Positions 15,101 to 27,200 of a stretch of DNA of 64,000 nucleotides are shown here, piece after piece. The position numbers were made by a program, and so were the translations under genes. The notes beneath the pieces were generated by a model. That model was not told where the DNA came from, did not search any database, and was given only the letters and a program-made list of their open reading frames with translations. Within the stretch, counting starts at the first letter, position 1, and every line of letters starts with the position of its first letter. This DNA is from Paramecium tetraurelia (taxonomy: Eukaryota). Where the stretch lies: positions 1 through 64,000 of the forward strand of contig CT868667.1 in NCBI GenBank assembly GCA_000165425.1. The letters run 5' to 3'.

Positions 15101-18100
15101 AATGCATGCACTTGGAATACAGCAGCGGATCATTGTGAATTGGATACAAAACAATGCTCTGATTTTGATGCAACTGGCTAATCAGACAAGAGAGTATTCT
15201 GTTAATCTAAGGATAGATACAATTGTTCATGGAGGAATGGTGACACTTCTTCATCCTGTAGAAAATTCAAATGTTAAGATGTTGATTTGGCACAAAGTTA
15301 ATCTGATTGTGATTCTAGAATTTTTGGATGCAGTTTCTACATCAATTCTTGTTTCACATTAGAAAACAATTGTGTTAATTATTATGCTTTGGGCACTGAT
15401 AATACGTTGAAGCAATCCTTCTGCAATGGTATTCCAACCAAATCCAATTAGAAATGCACCTACTTATCAGATGATTACAAGTGTAGAGTAAGAGATCAAT
15501 GTTCAACTTACAATGTGTAAAGTCTAAGTGATAAGGCTAGTGCATGTTAAGGAATGTATAATTCCACTGGAATCCAATGTATCTATGTGAAAGGTACGAC
15601 TTGCAATTAGGTTGATAAATGTGAAACTTATACTGAGTTATCCGATATGAGTGATTGCACCAAACTGCTAGATAGCAACAACAGATTCTGTCTTGAGGGC
15701 AATACAACATGTCTTACTTTCACTTGTGAGGATATCAGTGATCCCAAATCTCAAGTTGATTGCGATACCAAATTAAAAGGTCTTTGTTATTTCAATACCA
15801 CTAACTCCAAATGTATAACTCTCTCAGATTGTTCCACTTATAAGAACAGTGATTGGCCATCAGATGCAGACCCCATCAAACATTGTGACACTCTTATTGA
15901 TAAGAATGGACATCATTGTACTGCTGATAGTGCAACCAGCACAAAATGCAGGGAGAGATTGTGTAGTGATAAATTATTCTATTTGAATTCGGAATGTAAA
16001 GAGTGGAAATCATCTTGTAAATCAGATGGATAAAAATGCATTGAGTCCACCCAAGAATGCTCATAATATTCTGGAGACAAAGATTCATGTATCAAATATC
16101 TAGATTCTGATAATCTCAATTATTGTAAAGTTATTGCTGGCTCTGATTAAGATATTGGACCATGTTCAACAATGTCTTGCTATTAGAACACTACAGCAAC
16201 ATCCGATTCAGAATGTCAATCATTTTAAAATGGATGTGTGACCAAAGGAGTTGGATGTATAGCAAAGACTGCTAAATGTGATGAATATAGAGGAACCAGA
16301 GATCAATGTTCCAAGTTTCAAGGCTATGTATCTAAAACATCAACAGAGTTCTGTTCAGGAGATTCAACAAATACTAATTTGTCAAAATGTAGATCTAGAA
16401 TATGTTCTGACAACATGACTGATGTTAGTGATATTCAATGCTCGGATTTTAAAGCTGGCTGTGTAACAAATGGTAAAGGCTGTATTGATATTACTGCTAG
16501 TTGTAGTAGTTATAAAGGCACCTAAGAGGAATGCAGTAAGTTCATGGGCAATAATAGGACTGTTTATTGTTGGAATGATTTAGAAGCTGCTAGTAGTAAA
16601 AGCTGCATTGAAAAACAATGTAATCATATTAAGGGTATTACAAATGAATAGTGTGAACTAGCATTTCCAAAAGTGTTGATTCAAGATATTTAGACTCTCC
16701 TTTGCGTTAGTAATGGTCAAAATTGCATCAAAAATCCTGCTTAATGTAGTGATTTTATAGGCAACAACATAACTTGTTAGACATTCACAGCGATAATCGA
16801 TGGACCATGTAAAGGTCATTCAGATAATTCCATTGGATAATGCTAATCCAGATAATGTTATGAAGCACCAAAATCGTATAATACTGATGCATAGTGTTAT
16901 GATTATCATCCTACTTGTTTAACTACAGGATAAGGATGCATGAAATTTTAATCATATGATAAGTTTGGAAAACCAACTCTAAATTGCAATAACATTGTTA
17001 ACAATGATGCATGTACCTAAAAACTTGGTTGTGCTCTTGCCAGCTAATGTTTAGTTTTGGTTTCATCATGTTCAGCATTAACATCATAAGCAATTTGTCA
17101 AACAACAACCCTTTCAAATGGAACCCAATGCGTTTATGATTTAGCAATAAACAAATGCAGGGAAATCCAGTGCTCTGATTACGTTGGCATTAGTGATAAT
17201 AATATCTGCCAGAATTATGGAAGCAATTGTACTACCAATGGAAATGGTTGTGAAATAATGAAATCATGCGTTCTATATAATGAGAAACTAACATGTTAAT
17301 CAGCGTATTCCACAGATCCAATTAATAGATGCACATGGACTGATTAGGGGTGTAGATAGAGAGAATGCAAGGATTTCAAAGGAACCACTAACTCATCTTG
17401 TAAATCATTCTTACAAGGATGCATCACAAATGGCTAGAATTGCATAGGACCTAATTATTCATGTTCAGATCTCACCTAGAAAACCTGTTTAACAGATTAT
17501 TCAGGCAACCCTTGCATATTCTATAATAAATAATGTCTCTCCTACTCAAAATGTGAAGACTTGAAATTCACAACTCATGATCAATGCTAATCATTCTCAG
17601 GGCTCTGCACTTCCAATAAGTAAAATTGCATTCCCTTAAATAAATGTGAAAATTATAGTAGCTAAGTATCATGCATCGTAGGAGTTGATGGGAAGTGTGG
17701 TTGGATTAACGATAAATGTAAGATCTTTTAAGGATGTTCTAATGTTTCAGGAACATCAAATCCTGTCTGCTAGCAATATTCTAACACTTGTATCAGTGAT
17801 GGAGTGAAATGTGTGGAATAAAACCTCTGTTCCTTCTATAGTTAGTAATTTCTATGCGAGAATAACAAAGGTTTAGATGGAGATTGCATATGGGCTGATA
17901 ATGCTTGTCGCTTGAAACAGTGTGAAGATTTGAAAACCAACATTGACACATTCAAAAAATGCTACGATCAATTAAGCCATGTTAAATGTTCTAGTAATGG
18001 TACCAAATGTATATCTCTAACTTCGTGCGAGTACTACGAGGAGAAGTCTTGCATATTGGGTTCAGACGGACCTTGCATTTACAAATTACCTATTGATCAG

Positions 18101-18745
18101 AGTTCTGGCTAAATCAGCTGTAGACTAAAGGAGTGCTAAGATGTTACAGGCAAAACCTTTGAAACCTGTAAATCGGCCTTCGATTCTGCATATAAGAAAT
18201 GCACTTCTAATGGATCAATGTGTATTGATGTTAACTACTGTTCATCTTACACTACAAAAGTTGCATGTGCTTCAGGAGGCATAGATGGACAATGTGCATT
18301 TGTGCCTAGTGCTTCAAAGGCTAATGATGGTGTCTGCAAACTATTTACATAATGTTCAGACGCAGATAATGACAAAGATGTCTGTCTCTCAAACTCCAAA
18401 TATTGTTAGTGGATTTCAACAAGTGTAAAGAAGCAATGTATTCCTCATACATGTCTCACTTACAATAAAAAAAATGAATGTAATCCTGTTCCCAGTTTTG
18501 ATTAAACATCATATCTTCTTTGTGCTAAAGTCAAAGGCATATGTTAAGAAGTCTAACCTACTACATTGCCTATGGAAACCTGTTACATATAGAGTGCCCA
18601 AACCTTCCTTTGGAATATTACAACATCCCAATGTGTACAATGCAAACATTAAATTAACAATAATGTTACTAATAACTAAACGGGTTCCACCGATTCCTCA
18701 CATATGCTCTTTACTTTAGCAATCGTATTCAGTTTGTACTTCTGA
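9132..18745 (+). CDS. Giant (~3,196 aa) Cys-rich surface-antigen-like protein, likely GPI-anchored
   Basis: Signal peptide MRLFVALLLEIIHG. One 23-nt intron at 9577-9599. All Cys-rich ORF-track fragments (13343, 14240, 15647, 16238, 17912) share the frame of the final TGA. Paramecium surface-antigen-type repeats (C..APS.Y.TD..C..Y..GCVTNG.GC). Hydrophobic C-terminus HMLFTLAIVFSLYF. Confidence 0.9.
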
Positions 18746-19154
18746 CATTATTGTACGTATTTCAATATTGATATCAATACTTATTTTAAATCTACATTAT
18801 TTTACATCCAAATAGTTTAAATTTAGTAGTATATTTATTATTATCATCTCCACTTGCAAATACAAATTTTATAATATAATAATTAAAACCTTCCCTAATT
18901 ATTTAACCTTTTTATTAATTTCCCAAATTGAATATTTAATGTAGAATAATCACTAATAGCCTTCATTTTTATATACAATTTGAATGAAATGCTAGTGAGT
19001 TCACATAACAAACATGAGGATAATGTATTTTGGAATGTTGTGATAAATCATACCTTTCTGAACATACACTTAATACAAGTATAGGTTATTATTTATATTC
19101 CTTATTCTTATTTTACCAAGGGTTGAATTATAATATAATTAAATTAATATAAAA

Positions 19155-19618
19155 ATGGCTTAGTAAAAGGGGAAGAATAGGAGCAACTACAGGATAAGGG
19201 AGGGGGATTGGATTTGTAGTAATTGCAACAATATGAATTTTGCGTTTCGAGATTCTTGCAATCGATGTTATGCTGCGAAGAATATAAAATATAATGAGAG
19301 CAATGGATTCAAATCTGCGCTTTTTTTAACGGAGAGCAATGGGGATATACCTCCTATTTCAGATCGATCAAATAAATCATCAGGAGAGAGGACTGAAATT
19401 GGGACTAATAACTTTTCATTTGATAAATTGCCTTCTATGAAACCAATTTTAAAACAGATAACCAAAGAGACATGTAAAATCAATTAAAATATGAAGAACC
19501 AAAATATGATTACTTTGAGTTTGAATGGCTATGCAAATAATGCCAATAGATTAATTAATACTATAAAATACACTGCGTTGAATGTGGGGCTTAGAGGCTG
19601 AGGAAATCTACGATTTGA
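19155..19618 (+). CDS. RanBP2-type zinc-finger protein (two fingers)
   Basis: REGDWICSNCNNMNFAFRDSCNRC and, after a 23-nt intron, WLCKQCQQINQYYKIHCVECG. Confidence 0.85.
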
Positions 19619-20689
19619 TCTATCACCTTACATTTTTGATTGAGTTATAATATTTAGCTAGTTTTGTTATAGTATTTTCGATTTAAAAGCGGAGGGGCAG
19701 ACAAAGACATGTGGGCTTATTTATTAAATTTATATTAAAAATTAATTTATAATGAAAGAATTTAAATGTTTATGCACCACATAAAAAAAACAATAATTGA
19801 TTAAAACATCTTAAAATGGTTTGAATAATGTAATTTGAAATGATAAATAATAAATGAATGAAAATAGGTGACACATGAGGGGGAATACTTCTAAATATTT
19901 GAAGCAGTCAAATAGAGTTTGGTTAGCATAAGAATAACACAAATTTGATGGGATAAAGTTTTTGAATTGACATCTACTTTTGGGAGTATAAATATGGACG
20001 TAATCTTGTGAATTATAAATTTGATTATATGAAACACCTAATTTTTACAAAATTAGTAAATATTATATATAAAATTCAGTTCCTTATCTTTTTTGAAAGG
20101 GTGCATATACATTTGTATTTGATATGGTGAGGCTCGAGTTTGCGAGTGCATGGATCAACTTTGTTGGAGGTGAAGGTTCCAGTACATTATATTATCAAGA
20201 TTTAATTATGAAGAGGCAATCAATTGCTAGATTGTTGAGATGATTTAACATGCAATTCCTTAAATTAGTTTAAAATGTAAAGAAATTCAGTAAGTTTCGA
20301 ATGTCAGACATCATGAAAAACCTATTATTGATTTTTTACTTTTTATTTATTTGTTCGGACATATTTTATTGGTTGAAAAATGAATATAATATTTTAATCT
20401 ATACTGAAGTAAGCAGTGAAATGGACCAAGTTCTTTTATGGAAATAGCAATTACAAAAAATTGCACATTAAAAATAGTTAATTTTTGAACAAAAATAAAT
20501 ACATTAAAAATACAGCAATTACATAATTTTAAATTCTTAGTGATATTCTTGAACTATTTTATTTATGGAGTTGTAAAGAGGTTCATAAAAAAATGAATGT
20601 TTGGATTCAAAATTCATTGCGTATAAAATAAAATGAATAAAACTAAAGAATTTTCGTTTTAGAGATTTAGAACATTATAATTATATTTG

Positions 20690-21437
20690 TCAAGTTCTTA
20701 GCTAAGTGTATGTTAAAGGGTAAGGCTGATGCTGATACGGTTATTATGTGTAGAAGCATTGTGGCAGTGGTTGGGGAAGTGAGCCAAATTCTTATTTGAT
20801 TTATCCTTGAGGTTTTAAATCAAGGATTGATTTAAATACATATTGGGATGAGAGTAGCAGGTTTTAAAGGGTTGATTAATACGCAAAATTGGGCTGATTC
20901 ATGTTAGATGCAAGTTCTGAAGAGAATCTGAGGCATTGAGACTACAAAATTGAGTGTTATTGGTTCGCCAAAGCTATTTGATCAAGTAGCGACGGCTGTT
21001 TGTCAACATATATCTAAATGTAAACTAATTCAAAAATACCTAATGAATATCAGATTAGACGCTCAAAGGTTGGACTTCTAGAGTGAATGGATTGATAACA
21101 CTAATTTTTAGTATGTTCTGAACCTTCAACTTCTTCTTTCGAGTTTCTTTTTTTCCTATACGACCGTCCTTCTCATAAGTCTTCTAAATTGTTCGTACTG
21201 TACAATACTTCAATTACAGTTTGTTAGCCACCTATTTAGATATTGATTGAAAAAGCAATAAATATATATGTAAGGATATAGAAGCCGAGGAATAAGAATA
21301 GTGATGCTGCATACCTCTTGTAGCGATAACTTTTAATTCAACAGCATATCAAGCACTAGTTTTCTTTGATTGCATTCGATTTTTTGGTATTATTTACTTT
21401 TCTTTGGTTGGTCTTGGTCATTGTTGGATTTGCACAT
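20690..21437 (-). CDS. Helix-turn-helix (homeodomain-like) putative DNA-binding protein
   Basis: YQKIECNQRKLVLDMLLNQKLSLQE|VANKLQLKYCTVRTIQKTYEKDGRIGKKETRKKK, then a Q/N/P-rich C-terminus. Introns at 21232-21314 and near 21015-21040. Confidence 0.75.
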
Positions 21438-21751
21438 ACTTTATGAATCTTTTATAATTATTATTTTGGAAAAATATTTTCAAATCAGATCTGGTTTTTA
21501 ATTTAAAAAAAGATCCATTAGTGATTATATTTGCATAATTATAATTAGTTGTTTTAATAATAATTTTTGTATAAATTATTCGTATTATTAAAATCTTAAT
21601 TTCATTGAAACTATAAAAATGTAAGTGTACATTTTAAGATTCCAGCCTTATTAATTTATGATTGACTTCAAATCTATATACTTTGGAGTAAGTTCAAGAA
21701 ACCAATTTAAGTATCATAATTAATAATTGTTGTATCAATTTTAATAAAAAA

Positions 21752-22351
21752 TCACAATTGCACTTTCTTCCTTCTTTGAGCAGCACTTTCGTCCTCGTCC
21801 TGTTCCTCCTCCTCCTCCTGTCTTGGTTGAGAGATGGACTTCTTGGATTCCCTTTCTTCCATCCTTCTTCCCTTCCTACTGACTTCAGCCTTCATCCTTT
21901 CTTGATCTTTCGCCTTGAAAATGTCAAACAAAAACAATCGATAGACGCAATGGAACTCTTTGATGTCATCAAAATGCAGAGGTCTTCCCAATTCGAAATC
22001 GCCCTTCAAGGAGACTCCCTTGTTCAGTTGGAAGTAGAGAGTCAACACGAAATTTTGTGTTTGATCAACGTAAACCTCGAAATTCCTTTGACTGATTGAT
22101 CGATGCATCATATCAAAATAACTATTGTAAGTGCCTTCTAAGCCACTTTTTTTGCGTTTCTACTCAAACTTCTCGAGATCGAAATCTTCGACCCAAAAAT
22201 CGAAACCATTTGTGACTTGGATTTTGCAACGACCCTTGCTCTCCATAGGTTGAAAGTAGATGATGTACTCTTTTTAATTGTAGATGATGAGGGTATTGAG
22301 GAATGCCAATTTTCCAAGTGATCTACAAAATTCAACTCTTCTCTCTGTCAT
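21752..22351 (-). CDS. DIE5: 199-aa XRCC4/XLF/PAXX-superfamily head-domain protein; probable Die5 (developmental IES-excision/repair factor)
   Basis: Intronless 600-nt ORF. CKIQVTNGFDFWVEDFDLEKFEQKRKKSGLEGTYNSYFDMMHRSI matches the XRCC4/PAXX head pattern. It has an acidic tail and a basic C-terminus (QRRKKVQL). The size matches my recollection of Paramecium Die5 (~200 aa). The symbol is tentative. Confidence 0.6.
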
Positions 22352-22441
22352 AAATTATTAAATTAGAGCGTATACGAGTGTGTTCTTAAAAATAGTTAAA
22401 TATCATGCTTATTATTGTTTAATTAATAATAAATTTAATTA

Positions 22442-24195
22442 ATGAGTGGAAACAGAAAACTAATAAATTGGTAATTAGATTAAACCCAAAACTACAATCC
22501 TTTGTTCAATTTGTGATCTCGCTTTCACTCCCAGTGAGCAGAAGACACTTATTTGCACAAATTGTATCATCAATCAGACTGACATTACGGTTGGAATAAC
22601 CAAGGAGGGAATAGTAAATTACTGTCGATTCTGTCATCGTTACTTGAGACCCCCTTGGACCCTGTGCGAAAGGGAATCAAAAGAACTATTGAGCATTTGT
22701 TTGAAGAGATTGAGAGGGTAAATCATATTTGAATTCCTTTTTTTGTAGATTGAATAAAGTCAAAATCATCGATGCTGCCTTTGTGTATACTGAACCAAGT
22801 TCCAAGAGAATCAAGGTCAAATTAACAATATAGAAGGAAGTGCTCAACAATACCAATATGCAACAAGTATGGACTCCATAACTAATTAGACATTCATATG
22901 CGAATTCGTGGAACATTACCAACAATGCGAAGATTGTAAAAAGGAATTCACTCCTCACACTTGGGGAGCAGCAGTTCAAGTCCGTCAAAGAGTGGATCAT
23001 AAAAAAACATTCTTTTATTTGGAACAATTACTATTGAAATACAATGCAAATGATAAAGTGTTGAAAATAGAACAAGTTGATGACGGATTAGACTTCTTCT
23101 ATAAATCGAGATCTCATGCCAATAGATTGGTAGAATACTTATCAACAATTTTGCCAATCAGAGTGAAACAATCTAAATAATTGGTATCACATGATGCTAG
23201 CAGCAATCTCTTCAATTATAAGTATGTCTATGCAGTAGATTTGCCTAAAGTGTGTAAGGATGATCTAGTTATCCTCCCTTAGAAATTGTGCAAAGAATTG
23301 GGAGGAGTTGGTAGAGTACAATTATGCTATAAATTGACAACCATAGTTCACTTAATTGATCCCCTCTCAATGAAATGTTCAGATCTATCCATTGAGGCTT
23401 TTTCTTTATACGAAAATGAAATTGAAGTCTATAACCTAAAAACACACCAACATGAATTCACTGTTGTTGATGTCGAACGTATTCACACAAGAAATTTGAA
23501 TGAAAGTTATATCTCAAGTTCATAAAATGCATTCCTACCAAAATTGACAAAAGTTACTATTATTAGGGAATCTAACAATTACGTACCTGTGACTGTGAAA
23601 AGTCATTTGGGAGACATCCTCAAAACTGGGCAGGTTGCTATTGGTTATGACTTAACTTAATTGACTATTGAATCTTTGGAGGATATTTCCAATTATCCTG
23701 AGTGCATATTGGTGAAGAGATAGATCAATAAGGAAGCCAGGAAGTAGAGAATTTTCAAGTTGAAGAGGCTGGAAGCTCAGAATGTTATGGAAGAGGAAGG
23801 AGGAGAAAGAAAGAGAAACTAATGTATTCAATTATTTCATTATCGTTTTAGAGAAGAAATAGAATGATCAAGATGAGCAATTCGAAGAATTCTTAGATGA
23901 TGTCGAAAAGGATAAGGAGATGAGAAAGAACATCAATTTATATAGAGATGAAGATAAGATTAAAAAGTTAAGTAAGGAGGATTTGAAGAAGAAATAAAAG
24001 AAATAAGTTCAGATACAGAAAAAGGGTGATGATGATGAATGGTAAGATGATGATGAGGATGATGTTAAATTGGAAGATTTAATGAAAGATTTGAATTTGG
24101 AAGATAAACCAGAATTGGCAGAACCTGTAGATGAAGCTTAAGATGAAATCAATCAATTCATTACCAAATTGGAAAAAGTAACAATCGAAAAATGA
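22442..24195 (+). CDS. NMD3: 60S ribosomal export protein NMD3
   Basis: ILCSIC..ICTNC..TDIT..YCRFCHRYL, YTEPSSKRIKVKLTIQKEV, QCEDC..WGAAVQVRQRVDHKKTFFYLEQLLLK, GLDFFY, KQLVSHD. Introns at 22718-22748 and ~23824-23851. The start codon is out of frame as assembled. Confidence 0.92.
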
Positions 24196-24246
24196 TATAT
24201 CTATATAAATTCTTATTATTAATAAACATTCAGATAAAAATATTAA

Positions 24247-27200
24247 TCAAGTTGTGTTAACTGGTTCTTTTTACTTCAATTTTGATAATTCATACTATCC
24301 GTATGACTCTTATTCTTCCTATTACTCATGGAATTCTCTACTTCTCTACCTTTATTTAGGCATACAAACCCATAAACAAAATAAACCAAAAGCCAACAAA
24401 ACACTAATTACAAACACTATCAATATATAATTGATTCTCGAATCTTCTATCTCCACTTCAACTTTCATTTTTTCAGACTCATTATAAATGACACTGACAT
24501 CATAAAAATATGTATAAGGGATACTGTAATTCTCATAATAAGCTTAAAATACAAGTAAACCATAGATTAATTCTCTATTTATCGATACTAATAATTAGAT
24601 CTAAGAATACCTGTAAATTACAGTGATTCCTAATTCTCTTTCACTTCTTAAATAAAAGTATTGTAAAAGATAGAACTACCAGTATAATTTTACAGAAATT
24701 CGATATCAATCTCACAACCTAGTGCTCTCATTAAGAAGTCTTGATCTGACAAGTGCATTTTATAACTAGAAGTTATTCTCAATACTTTTACATTAAATTC
24801 TTTAAATTTAAACTCCCAGTCTTTTTTCTTCTCATTGTATGGATGTTTATTTCCAGAGAATCATTCAGTAGTTTGGTGATTTCAAATCTAGCATTCTTAA
24901 GATACCATTAATCATGGGAATATTAAATATGAGGCACCAAACTAAGAATATTAAATTTAAAAGGTTAAGTTTGATCAACAGCTTAAATCTTGAAAAGTGT
25001 ATCTCTTGAAGATGAAGTTTTCTGCAGTTGAGTCTTTCCTAAACAATCTATTTTCTCGAATTGCAATTCTTATTCCAAAATAGCCTAGATATTGTATTGC
25101 TGACCTTCTTCAATGATTTCGATATAATGATTGTTGAAATTAATGTACTTTATTTTATTGTAAACATTCACAGTGATATAATAGTCACCAACACATTAGA
25201 GAGTAATTGAATATTGTTTTTCAATTTCTTGAAATTAATAGATTAATGTGTGCTTTGATTTATTGATTCTATACTCTTATTTCGGCAGTATCATTTTCGT
25301 ACCTGTATCATAGTAGACCTAAACCATAACTTCAGATCTACTTGAGATTTAAATGATATATTCTTAATCGATTCTCTCAATTGAAAAAATAAATACTTGC
25401 TAATTATGATCGATAGTGTTTCTACCATTGAATTCCCTACCTAATTGTAAAGTGATTGGAAATTCTCGATTGCTTAAATTGATAGAATAGTATGAATCTG
25501 TATAAATTCGCAATATGCAGGTCTCATTTATAGGAATGATGTGATTAGAGTATGTTAAGTCCATTCTAGTTATCTGATTGATTTTAGAATGAAAAGTCAA
25601 TTAGATAGATTTTGAGTAAATAAATAAATACAATTCTCCTGGTTGTAAATTGAATTCACATTTATTGAGACAATGGTCATAATAAGTTCTGCCATATTTA
25701 ATAGGTAGAGGAATAGAATTGTATGATAGAATTAAAGATACTGCAGTTGGTCGTATTGGATGTAGGGTGAAAATATAAGTACAGGATTAGCAAATATCTT
25801 CTTGAATTTAAATTACACCTCCAAAAAGTTCATCAGAATTTGGCACCTCTATTTATTTACTGTTGTTTTCAACACTTATTGAGACCTTAATGTTCTTCAT
25901 ATCATAAATCAGGATTCGAAAGGGTTCCTCGTGATGATTTAAATAGTAGTATGATATGGTAGACTCTATGTGTGTATCTACAATTTATCCATTGTGAATG
26001 TAATTCAATTAGAACCCGCCAAGGTGTAATAAAATTTCGAAAATGCAATCCTGTGCCAACACTCCAATAACATAATGTCCTCTATTGTCTTCCTCAGATA
26101 TTATCAGTGTATCTGAAGCAAACTTATAAGTGTATTAATCGACAGAAGGGTAGAGAAACTGTGTGTTATTTCTAGATTTCAAGACATAAACATCATAATC
26201 ACAATCTTGGATTGCTGTTGTTGATATTTGGATTTCCTTTATATGCTCATCAATATCAAAGTAGTAATAGGACATCACATTCTAGCTGGCATATCCAATA
26301 ATCATCTCGAGATTTCTAATTACTGTATATTTGGAGGATACCATAATATTGAAATAATCGTAATGGCCCAAAACGTAAGCAGTTATTAATAAGAGACATC
26401 CATTTTTTTTGCACATGACCATATCAGTTGTATTTATGAATAACATTTTATTGGATGGATTAGAACTGAATAATTCTTTGATTTCGTATTTTTGATTTGT
26501 TGGATATTGTTATCTTTAAGGATGTTTAAAATCAAATTCAACTACATTGCACGAAAGTTCAATTAAATTGAATTTAGTAAATGCTTAAATTTTGACAGGA
26601 GTACTGAAATTGAAATTCTTGGGAATGAAATAATAGAAATAGTAGTTCTGTTATTCAAGGGCTGGACTTGTCTATATGATATTATCCTTCAATTCAATTC
26701 CAGAATGCTCTTCTTGAATCAAAAGGGAATACTTATTGGTCCCCTTGCTGTACACTCCAATATATATCATAGAACCTGAACTAAAATTGTGAATGGGTAT
26801 ATAATTGGAGGTTGGCAAAATTTGGTATTCAAAATTTACTTGATCAGGACACTTATTGTTGAGACTTATGTAAATCTAAAGATTGTTCTAATCATTATAC
26901 TCAGATAAATAGGTTCTAATGATGTACAATCGAGAGGGGTTGGAGAATGATTAGTAGTAGAAATAGAGTGTTTTATTATCATTAAGTAAGCCATAGAATG
27001 TGCTGGCTAAGAATAGTTCCAAAAAGGAGTTGTGATAATAGTATAAAATTTGATAGGATTCATCTTCTTATAGTGACGTTGATTTCACATACAGAAAATT
27101 AAACTATTGGGGATTTTCAATAATTAAAGTGTGTTAGTCACTTGTAAGGGTAAAGTTATATTTATTGGGAAATGAGTTCCCAAAGTTTCTACTATTACTA

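Noticed and set aside
19750..20320. Coding-like segment with intron-like motifs
   Set aside because: TGA stops and frame breaks, with no recognisable product. Probably a pseudogene remnant but not supportable.
20690..21437. HTH gene as a Tc1/mariner transposase
   Set aside because: No DDE/DDD domain or terminal inverted repeats are seen. It has introns and a low-complexity tail like a host factor.
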